64,000 nucleotides of DNA from Candidatus Dormiibacterota bacterium (lineage in GTDB: Bacteria; Chloroflexota; Dormibacteria; Aeolococcales; Bog-877). Below are positions 53,444 through 61,382 of the stretch, piece by piece. Where the stretch lies: positions 6,167-70,166 of the forward strand of contig DATLQZ010000074.1 of NCBI GenBank assembly GCA_035534915.1, written 5' to 3'. The position numbers and the translations under genes are program-made. Position 1 is the first letter of the stretch. Each line of letters starts with the position of its first letter. The notes beneath the pieces are model-generated. The model worked only from the letters and a program-made list of their open reading frames with translations, ran no database searches and was not told the DNA's origin.

Positions 53444-54274
53444 CTAGTCCTCGTCAGTGCCGAACAGCAGCCGGTGAGAGTTGGCGTACAGGATCTTGTG
53501 CTTCACGTCCTCGGGCAGCTCAATTGCCTCGAAGTCCTTGAGCCACCGCGCCGCCGTCATTACCGGGGCATCGGTGCCAAAGAGCACTCGGTCCGGGAAT
53601 ATCGACTTCGCGTACTGCCACACGGTGTCCGGGATGTATTTTGGCGACCATCCGGATAGTTCGAGGTAACAGTTGCGGCGGATCCAGACCACGGAGATTG
53701 CCTGGTTCACCCAGGGAAAGCCGAAGTGCGAAAGAATGATCTTGAGATCGGGAAAATCGAGAGCGACCTCGTCGAGTAGGGTCGGGTCGCCATACTGCAT
53801 CCGGCCTCCGGACTGGTTGTGTCCAGTGTGCACCAATACCGGAATCCCGAGCTCCTGGGCCTTCGCCCAGAGCGGGTAGTGGGCCCGATCATTGGGATAG
53901 AAGTGCTGGGTCGGGGGGTGCAGCTTGAGGCCACTCATGCCCAGGTCGCGAATGGCGTGCTCCAACTCGATGACCGCCATCTCGTGCTTGTTGGGGTCGA
54001 CACTGGCGAATCCGACAAATCGGTCGGGCGCCTGTGCCACCAGCTTGGCGACCACCTCGTTGGGCACCTTCCACCCGTGAGTTGTCTCACAGTCAAACGC
54101 CAAGAGTACAGACTTCTCGACCTCGGTCTGGTCCATCTCCCGCACCATGTCTTCCACGGTGATGGGATTGCCACCGAAATTGAAGGTTTTGCGGGCGTGA
54201 CCCCAGAACCAATCTGGGGTCACGGCCAGGACCTCCTCGGTGTACGGGTGAACGTGAATGTCGATTGACTTCAA
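53444..54274 (-). CDS. amidohydrolase_2 (ACMSD-like) family protein, copy 2
   Basis: 276 aa with a canonical N-terminal MKSIDIHVHP (HxH), GLKLHP, VLVHTGH, ILSHFGFPW and LFGTDAP. Confidence 0.85.
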   Translation of the reverse strand: MKSIDIHVHPYTEEVLAVTPDWFWGHARKTFNFGGNPITVEDMVREMDQTEVEKSVLLAFDCETTHGWKVPNEVVAKLVAQAPDRFVGFASVDPNKHEMAVIELEHAIRDLGMSGLKLHPPTQHFYPNDRAHYPLWAKAQELGIPVLVHTGHNQSGGRMQYGDPTLLDEVALDFPDLKIILSHFGFPWVNQAISVVWIRRNCYLELSGWSPKYIPDTVWQYAKSIFPDRVLFGTDAPVMTAARWLKDFEAIELPEDVKHKILYANSHRLLFGTDED

Positions 54275-54323
54275 TGTCTGCTCCCCAAATTCATCTTCCG
54301 CAGTCCTCCGACTCTCCGTTGTC

Positions 54324-55088
54324 CTACGTGGTGGCGCTGTAGCCGCCGTCGATCACGACGACCGACCCTGTGACCATGTGGTTCGATGTGATCAACGAGA
54401 CCACGACCTCGGACACGTCCTCGGCCGTCACCACCCGGCCGAGCGGCGTGTGACTTGAGCGCCGGTCCATGAGGCGCTGGTAGTTGTCGCCCAGCGTCTG
54501 CTCCATCCACTCTCCCAGGACCCATCCTGGTGCCACCGCGTTGACTCGGACCTGGGGGGCGAGAGCCCGTGCCAGGGTCCTGGTGAGGTTGGCGACCGCT
54601 GCCTTGGTGGCCGCGTACGGGAGTGGCTGGGCGCTGGGTCGAAGTCCGGCGATGCTCGACATGTTGACAACGCTCGCGTCATCGGACAGCCGCAACAGTG
54701 GGACGGCGGCTCGAGTCACCTGAAACAGCCCGCGGACGTTCACCGCGAAGACCCGATCCCACGCCTCCAGATCCATCGATTCAAGGTCCTCGGGGGCGGT
54801 CTCGACGGTCATGCCCGCGTTGTTAACCAGCGCGTCCAGCCGGCCGAAGGTATGAGCGCAGGTCTGCAGCATCGCCCTGACCGCGGATTCGTCACTCACA
54901 TCTGCCTGCAGGGGCATCGCCTGAGCACCAAAGCTACGGACCAGCGCTGCGGTCTCCTCCGCCTGCTCCGCGCTGCGGCTGAAGTTGACCGCTACGTCAT
55001 AGCCGCGCTGGGCGAGGGCGACCGCCACACTCCTGCCCATCCCGCGAGAGGCTCCGGTTACCAAAGCCGCTCTGCGAATCTCGCTCAA
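54324..55088 (-). CDS. SDR-family oxidoreductase (FabG-like)
   Basis: 254 aa with the Rossmann motif VTGASRGMG, NNAG, and the catalytic S...YAATK. The TTG start overlaps the stop of the upstream OsmC-like gene (TTGA). Confidence 0.9.
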   Translation of the reverse strand: MSEIRRAALVTGASRGMGRSVAVALAQRGYDVAVNFSRSAEQAEETAALVRSFGAQAMPLQADVSDESAVRAMLQTCAHTFGRLDALVNNAGMTVETAPEDLESMDLEAWDRVFAVNVRGLFQVTRAAVPLLRLSDDASVVNMSSIAGLRPSAQPLPYAATKAAVANLTRTLARALAPQVRVNAVAPGWVLGEWMEQTLGDNYQRLMDRRSSHTPLGRVVTAEDVSEVVVSLITSNHMVTGSVVVIDGGYSATT

Positions 55089-55639
55089 CTCAAATCCTCC
55101 GGGGACGAGATATCCAACTCCGATCCATTGAGGTCGACGGCCATGGTCGTGGCCACCGGGTGGCGGAACGTCTGACTGGCGTGGCAGGCTCTTTCGGCAT
55201 GTTGGCAGAGGCGGGCCACGGCCTCCGGAGGCGCCGGGCTCTTCACGCGGAGCAGAAACTCAACGTGCTGAAAGGCGCCCGGGGGACCCCCGAGGTCGTA
55301 CTTGTCCGCGAGGCTAAAGGTGGCCCGCACATCGGCCTCGGCTTCCCAGATCGTCACATCGTAAAGAGGCGAAAACTTCGCCAATTGGGTGAGCATTCAA
55401 AAGGCCGCTCCGGCCAGCAGATACTGCAGCGGACGGGGCGCGGAGCCCCCGCCACCTCCCGCAACCGGCTCGTCCGATTCCAGCCGAAAGGTGCCGACCC
55501 GACCCTCCATATGTAGGTCGCGATCGATGCGAGCGACCGCCCGCTGGGTGATCAGTGGCTGCTCCGCTGTCTCGGCCCTGGTGGCCTCGTAAACCTGCCG
55601 CATCCGTTCCAGGTTGACCCTCGGCTCGGGGTCGCTCAT
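55085..55639 (-). CDS. OsmC/Ohr-family peroxidase-like protein interrupted by one in-frame TGA at the first catalytic Cys position (candidate selenoprotein, or pseudogene)
   Basis: Track ORFs 55397..55666 and 55085..55396 are in the same frame, separated only by TGA (55399-55397). The joined product reads ...SAPRPLQYLLAGAAF[TGA]MLTQLAKF...HAERACHASQTF, which fits the OsmC fold and both Cys motifs. ATG 55639 overlaps the upstream gene's stop (ATGA); GTG 55666 is an alternative start. Confidence 0.6.
55368..55382 (-). promoter_or_regulatory. SECIS-like hairpin 14 nt downstream of the in-frame UGA
   Basis: The minus-strand RNA reads UGA-AUGCUCACCCAAUU-GGCGAA-GUU-UUCGCC. This is a 6-bp stem with G-U at the start of the apical loop, about 20 nt after the UGA. 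It is short and was not tested for covariation. Confidence 0.3.
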
Positions 55640-57978
55640 ATCGACGGTCCTCCCATTAGGCGCCACAGCTTCTCGGGTGAGTACGGGGGGTTGGCGTGGC
55701 GCACGCCGAGTTCCCGGAGAGCATCAAACACGGCATTCGCGATCGCCGCAGGTACCACGATGCAGCCTGATTCCGCCACCCCTTTGGTCCCCAGCGGGCT
55801 GAGAGGCGAGCGGGTCGGTCGGAACTCCGTGATCATCTCGATGTCCACATCGGGCATGGTGGGGATGGCGTAGCTCATGAAGCCCTCGGTCAGCGGCTGA
55901 CCGTTGCCATCGTGGGACACCTCCTCGAAGATCGCGGCCGCGACTCCTTGAATGCTGGAACCGATCACCTGTCCTTCCGCCAAGAGCGGGTTGATGATTG
56001 GGCCGGCGTCGTCGACTGTCACCAGCCGTTCCACCCGCACAAAGCCGGTCTCCCGATCTATCTCGACAGTGGCAACGGAGGCGCTGGAGCCAAACGCCAG
56101 CCGGGGAAGGGTGAATCGGCCATCTCCCCGGAGTTCTGGCAAGTCGGCGTTCGGCCATTCTGCAGCTGCCCGAGCGATCTCGGCTAGGGTGAGGAGACGT
56201 TCGCCGGCCGGTCCGACAATCGCTCCCTGATCCCAACGGAGCTGCTCTTCGGGGATGTCCAGCATGTGGGCGGCCCAGATCTGACAACGGCGCTGCAGCT
56301 CCTCGATTGCCAGCAGGATCGCCCCCCCGCCGACAGTCACAGAGCGGCTGGCGAAGGTTCCCATGCCAAGAGGAACTTCAGCGGAGTCCCCACTGTGAAC
56401 TTCGATGTCGTCGGTATCGAGCCCCAGGGCATCGGCCGCGATTTGAGAGAAGGTTGTCGCGTGGCCCTGCCCGTGGTCGCTGGATCCAGGCAGCAGCAGG
56501 ACCCGCCCATCGGGTTGTAGCTTGGCGGCGGCCGTCTCCCAGTTGCCGTTGCCGCTCGACTCGACGGCGACGGCAACACCAATTCCCCGCAGCTTCCCCT
56601 GAGATCTGTCGAGCGCCAGGTCGGCGCGGGCCCGTGCGTAGTCCGCGAGCTCCAACGCCCTGTCTAAAAGTCCTGGGTAGTCTCCCGAGTCATACTCCGT
56701 GCCGGTGGCGGCAAGGTACGGGAGTGCTTCTGGCGGCACCAGATTCAACTTCCGTATCGCCACCGGGTCCATGCCCAGTTCGGCCGCGGCGAGGTCTGCT
56801 AGCCGCTCGATAACGAAGGTCGCCTCGGGCCGACCGGCGCCCCGATAGGGGCCGGTGGGGACCTTGTTCGTGGCCGCTCCAACGACTTCCACGTCGGCCG
56901 CTGAGATGTCGTAGGGTCCGGTCGCCAGACTGCTCGAGGTTGATCCCACCACCGCGGTATGGCCCAGTAGATAGGCGCCGGCATCAAAGATCATTCGTAC
57001 TCGGAGCGCTTTGAATCGTCCCGTGGCATCCACGGCAAGCTCGGCGTCCGCGTCCATGCCGCGGCCCTGGTAGGAGGCGACGAATGCTTCCGAGCGGGTC
57101 TCGACCCACTTGACAGGCCGTCCGGTCTGTATCGCCGTCAAGGCGGCGACCACATACTCGGGAGCCAAGCCGCCCTTGCTGCCGAAGGCGCCGCCGACGT
57201 CTGGTACGACAACCCGGATGCGGTCCGCCGGACGGCCGAGGACGTACGCCATCTGAAGGCGAGGTCGGTGCGGATCTTGGGATGAACACCAGAGCGTCAA
57301 GAGATCGTCGTCTGCTGAGTACTTCGCGACACAGCCCCGCGGTTCGATTGGAGATGCCTGCAGTCGGGGAATCGAGAAATCGGCTCGGATCACCCTGGCT
57401 GCCCGTTGCAGTTCCCCGCTCACGTCTCCTGAAGCATGTCGGTAGGAGAAGAGCACGTTGTCAGGGGCAGCCGGCTGGACGGGCGGGCCGCCGTCCAGGG
57501 CTGCCCTCGGTGCGCCCACCGAGGGCAGCGCATCCAGCTCGGGCCAGACGAGGTCGGCGGCATCGGCAGCCTGGCTCCTGGTCTCTGCCAGCACCGCCGC
57601 AACGGCCTCGCCGACGAACCGGACCTTCTCTGCGGCCAGAATCGGCATTGGAACGTCCGCCACCTTGAAGCCATCTGGGAGTTGGGTCGCGCGAAGGGGC
57701 AGGGGTAGCAGACTCTTCGGCAGGTCTGCCGCCGTTATGACCTGAACGACGCCGGGTGAGGCCTGGGCCGCTGCGAGGTTCAGGCCTCGAATGCTGGCGT
57801 GGGGAACCTGGCTCCTAACGAAGGCGAGATGTAGGCAATCCGCAAACTCAAGATCGTCCAAGTAGGCACCCTGCCCGAGCACCAAGCGGGCATCCTCCCG
57901 TCGGATCTGGGGCCGTCCGATCCATGGCTCAGTCAAAGAACTCCCACTCCAGTCTGCCCTGCCCTGGCTCCCCCTCAT
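55636..57978 (-). CDS. xanthine dehydrogenase / aldehyde oxidase / CoxL-family molybdopterin-binding subunit
   Basis: 780 aa with IGRPQIRREDARLVLGQGAYLDD (a/b hammerhead), GGAFGSKG and GPYRGAGRPEATFVIERL. No FeS (CoxS) or FAD (CoxM) subunit gene is adjacent. Confidence 0.9.
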   Translation of the reverse strand: MRGSQGRADWSGSSLTEPWIGRPQIRREDARLVLGQGAYLDDLEFADCLHLAFVRSQVPHASIRGLNLAAAQASPGVVQVITAADLPKSLLPLPLRATQLPDGFKVADVPMPILAAEKVRFVGEAVAAVLAETRSQAADAADLVWPELDALPSVGAPRAALDGGPPVQPAAPDNVLFSYRHASGDVSGELQRAARVIRADFSIPRLQASPIEPRGCVAKYSADDDLLTLWCSSQDPHRPRLQMAYVLGRPADRIRVVVPDVGGAFGSKGGLAPEYVVAALTAIQTGRPVKWVETRSEAFVASYQGRGMDADAELAVDATGRFKALRVRMIFDAGAYLLGHTAVVGSTSSSLATGPYDISAADVEVVGAATNKVPTGPYRGAGRPEATFVIERLADLAAAELGMDPVAIRKLNLVPPEALPYLAATGTEYDSGDYPGLLDRALELADYARARADLALDRSQGKLRGIGVAVAVESSGNGNWETAAAKLQPDGRVLLLPGSSDHGQGHATTFSQIAADALGLDTDDIEVHSGDSAEVPLGMGTFASRSVTVGGGAILLAIEELQRRCQIWAAHMLDIPEEQLRWDQGAIVGPAGERLLTLAEIARAAAEWPNADLPELRGDGRFTLPRLAFGSSASVATVEIDRETGFVRVERLVTVDDAGPIINPLLAEGQVIGSSIQGVAAAIFEEVSHDGNGQPLTEGFMSYAIPTMPDVDIEMITEFRPTRSPLSPLGTKGVAESGCIVVPAAIANAVFDALRELGVRHANPPYSPEKLWRLMGGPSI

Positions 57979-58881
57979 GGGCCTGCCCGGCTAGCGCCAT
58001 GCTACCGACGACGGTGAGTAGGATTTTAAGGCCTAGGACCCGGTCCGAGCAGGAACTGTCACGACCTGGTTTCAGCGGAAATCCTGGGGACCGCGCGGGG
58101 AATCTAGGGCAGAGTAGCCATCTCCGATGGGCAGGCGCTTGACGGAGAGGGGGGAACCCGCCATCGCAACGCATGGCGACCCAGCTCTACGGCGCACGCC
58201 TCCGGGCGACGGAGCCGGCTCAGGTAGTGCCCTTGAGGACCACGTTCCAATACCTGAAGGGCCGACCATGCCGCCTCGGCAACCATATGAGGGGGATCGT
58301 CGGGTGCGGCTCCGTGGTGTAGTCGAAGTCGCTACTAGCATTCGGGTGCGGACCGTGGTGAGATGGGCCGAGGCATACCCGTCGTGGGTCGGCCCCGGCT
58401 GACCGGAAGACGCGACCGCTCCGAGGTTGGCAACGACGACTGGCGGCGGATCCGATCTTCGAATTGGGCGAGCTGCCACAGGTGCCCAGTGAACAGACAT
58501 TGGGATACCGCTCGTGCTGAAATGTTCTTGTCGGTCGTGACGTAACCAAGAGGGGCTGGCGGCATCTGTGAGCGGCGACGAGTACACCCAATCGGGGGCG
58601 CTCTGAGGGGGACCAAGTGCATGTGGTCGCCGGCGATCTCCCCGCCGCGCTCATCGGCGTGGTTGAAGATGGCCGCGGTCTGCCTGGAGGGTCCCCTCAC
58701 TGGGGTCCAAACGGGCTGATCGTAGTGAGTATCCGATAGGTTGATGACACCACATTCGCTTCACCGGCCCGTCGCAGTCGGGCCGAGTCCGAGATTTCCC
58801 CGGCCGACCACCACCTGGTGCGCCACAGCCTCTCGCCTGCCCGGGATCCCCCCTGCTAGCCTCTGACGCCTGGGAGGTGGG

Positions 58882-60234
58882 TCAGCTCTGAATGGGTAGT
58901 CCAGCTTCTTTGGCGTTGTCGAAGTCGTCGTCGATGAGAACGACCGAGTGACCCGCTCGGTCGAGCAGGCTGGCTGCGACGCTGGCGCGATAGCCCACCC
59001 CGCAGTGAACCCAGAGCTCTTGCCGCGGAATCTCACGCATCCGTCCGGGAAGCTCCTGAATCGGGACGTTCCTTGACCCTGGAATGTGGCCGGATCGCCA
59101 TTCATCCGATTGGCGTACGTCCAGTACGACGGCCGCCTCGGGCAGCCCCTGTGCAACTCGGGCAAAGTCAGTCACCGGATAACCGCGCACCGGTAGCTGG
59201 GCGGAGTGCCCCGCGAATCCGACGGTGCTCGCCTCAAGTCGGTCCAGTCCGATCCGGGACAGGGCCCGGCGGGCGGCGCGGAAGTCGTCAAGACCGTCGG
59301 TCAGCAAGGTGAGCGAGGTGTCAAACGGCGACAACCAACCGGCGTAGGTCGAGAAGCTGCTGGATAGCTCCATCCCGACCGTACCCTGAAGGTGGGCGGC
59401 GGCGAATTGCCGTCGTGGCCTGGTGTCGATGACCCAACTGCCTCCTTCCAGCTTGACACGAAGCGCCTCGGAGTCCAGCTCGGAGATCTCCGTGATCTCG
59501 GCAAAGGCGGTGGGACCGAGCCGGTTGAGTGGAGCCATGTGGGAGTAATAGGAGGGGTACGGACCCAGTCCGGCGATGATCGATGCCACGAAGGCCGTCT
59601 CGTCATCCGTCGTCGCCGCCACGTTCTGTGCCCGCTCGCTGGCGATATTTCCAGCCCCGGCGCTGGAGGTGCCAGAGGATGCGCAGAAGCTTCCAAAGCC
59701 GTGCGTGGGTAACACCTGGGCGTCAGGTGGGACTTCCGCCATGAGCCGACGAGCCGAGCGATACTGATCTCGAGTGAGGCTCTCGGTGAGTTCCGACGAA
59801 ATTAGATCGGTGCGTCCCACGGTGCCGTAGAGGAGCGATCCCCCGGTCAGCACCGCGACCGCTGTGCCCGCTTCCAGAACCGCGTATGAGAGGTGGTTAG
59901 GGGTGTGCCCGGGAGTGTGCAGTGCTCGGACCGTCAAGCTGCCCGACTCAAAGGTATCGCCCTCATTGACGGCGCGACGGGCAAATTCGACCGAGTCGGC
60001 CGCTGCCACGCAATAATCGGCGCCCACCACCTTAGCCAGCGCCAGTCCGCCAGTCACGTAGTCATTGTGAATGTGGGTCTCGAACACATGGGTCACCCGT
60101 ATCCCGGAGCTCGTGATGCGACTCAGGAGCTTGTCAATGTCTCTTTGGGCGTCGACCACGAAGCCGAAGCTGCCGTCGTGAACGAGGTAGCTTCGGTCGC
60201 CGAGTTCAGGGGTTTCCACGACCACGACTTGCAC
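58882..60234 (-). CDS. MBL-fold metallohydrolase (persulfide-dioxygenase-like) fused to two rhodanese domains
   Basis: 450 aa. The N-terminal metallo-beta-lactamase fold has VFETHIHNDYVTG and HTPGHTPNH. The first rhodanese-like domain has no Cys. The C-terminal rhodanese domain has the active-site loop HCGVGYRAS. Confidence 0.88.
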   Translation of the reverse strand: MQVVVVETPELGDRSYLVHDGSFGFVVDAQRDIDKLLSRITSSGIRVTHVFETHIHNDYVTGGLALAKVVGADYCVAAADSVEFARRAVNEGDTFESGSLTVRALHTPGHTPNHLSYAVLEAGTAVAVLTGGSLLYGTVGRTDLISSELTESLTRDQYRSARRLMAEVPPDAQVLPTHGFGSFCASSGTSSAGAGNIASERAQNVAATTDDETAFVASIIAGLGPYPSYYSHMAPLNRLGPTAFAEITEISELDSEALRVKLEGGSWVIDTRPRRQFAAAHLQGTVGMELSSSFSTYAGWLSPFDTSLTLLTDGLDDFRAARRALSRIGLDRLEASTVGFAGHSAQLPVRGYPVTDFARVAQGLPEAAVVLDVRQSDEWRSGHIPGSRNVPIQELPGRMREIPRQELWVHCGVGYRASVAASLLDRAGHSVVLIDDDFDNAKEAGLPIQS

Positions 60235-60502
60235 CGCGCGTATCCTCCTCGGATGGCTCGGGCGGAAGGCGCTTGCCCGTCCAAATGTACGGACTTGCGC
60301 ACATACTAGTGCTCATCGTTGAAGATTTCAAGTCTCAGGGCAACCCTGGGTTGAGGGAGTCTACCGCCTGCCTCGGATGCGGTCCCTTCTGGGGATTCCG
60401 GGCGGGTCGGGTTGGCGTCGGCGATTGGCGGTCTCGCTCCCCGCGGAGCAAGGAGGCAAGAGGAGAGTTCCCGTGGCGAAGGCAGGCGAAACCACCGAGA
60501 CC

Positions 60503-61288
60503 ATGGGCCGTAGGCCACTGCGGCGCGACCATCCCTTGCCTCTTTGGGCTCAGTTGGCAGCCGAGCTACAGCGCCGGATAGATGGACAGGAGTTCGCCAC
60601 CGCCTTCCCCACCGAGCTTGAGTTGTCGTCCGGATACCAGGTCAGCCGGCACACCGTTCGTGAGGCCCTCCGCAAGCTGCGGACCGAGGGGGTTGTGGAC
60701 TCCAGAAGGGGACGAGGCAGCCGGGTGGTGGAGCCCCGCTTTCAGCAACCAGTCGGGGCGCTGTACAGCCTGTTCCGGTTTGTGGAATCTCAGGGGGCTG
60801 AGCAGACCAGCCAGGTGCGGAGGCTGGAACAGACCACCAATGCACTGGCCGCAAGGAAGCTGGGACTACCTCCGGAGGGCCAGTTGATCTATCTCGAGAG
60901 ACTTCGGCTGGCTGACGGGGATCCGCTCGCCCTGGATCGGGCCTGGGTGTCGGCTGGGCTCGGAGGGCCGCTGCTGAAGGCTGATTTTTCGCACTCGGCA
61001 CTCTACGATCAGATGGCGGCGCTTTGTGGCACCAGGCCCGACAGCGGCCGGGAGGAGATTCGCGCTGTGGTGCCAACCGCCACTGAGCGAGCGCTTCTGA
61101 AGCTTCGGTCCGGGACGGGGGCATTTCAGATCGAGCGTCTGGGATATGCCGACCTCGAACCGATCGAGTGGCGCAGCACCCTGATCCGCGCAGACCGCTA
61201 CAGCTTTGCCATCGACTGGTTGGGGCGTCACAGTGTCCGCGTGGGAGCTCAGAGGTCCTCTTTAGGGCGCGCCCCGATCGACGGCTGA
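60503..61288 (+). CDS. GntR-family transcriptional regulator (HutC/UTRA subfamily)
   Basis: ATG 60503. 261 aa with PLWAQLAAELQRRIDGQEF, the wHTH LELSSGYQVSRHTVREALRKLRTEGVVDSRRGRGSRV, and a UTRA-like C-terminal half. Confidence 0.85.
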   Translation: MGRRPLRRDHPLPLWAQLAAELQRRIDGQEFATAFPTELELSSGYQVSRHTVREALRKLRTEGVVDSRRGRGSRVVEPRFQQPVGALYSLFRFVESQGAEQTSQVRRLEQTTNALAARKLGLPPEGQLIYLERLRLADGDPLALDRAWVSAGLGGPLLKADFSHSALYDQMAALCGTRPDSGREEIRAVVPTATERALLKLRSGTGAFQIERLGYADLEPIEWRSTLIRADRYSFAIDWLGRHSVRVGAQRSSLGRAPIDG

Positions 61289-61382
61289 TCGGTGTCGCCC
61301 CGGGCAGGCCGGTGGCACTAGCTGGACGCTGGCGGGGTCAAAGCCCCTAAAATCCGGACAACCGGTCAAAAGCGAAGGGGCT

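Noticed and set aside
58700-58780. TGA followed by S-E-C (a UxxC-like redox motif) as a possible second selenoprotein
   Set aside because: There is no recognisable family and no credible start codon upstream. I found no stable hairpin within about 40 nt downstream, and the surrounding region looks frameshifted. A decayed gene is more likely. It is mentioned only inside the 57979-58881 finding.
60279-60312. Short inverted repeats (GTCC-N8-GGAC and GCAC-N6-GTGC) in the divergent MBL/GntR promoter region, as a possible GntR operator
   Set aside because: The arms are only 4 bp and the internal sequence is not symmetric. The match to the GT-N-TA-N-AC type of consensus is too weak to call.
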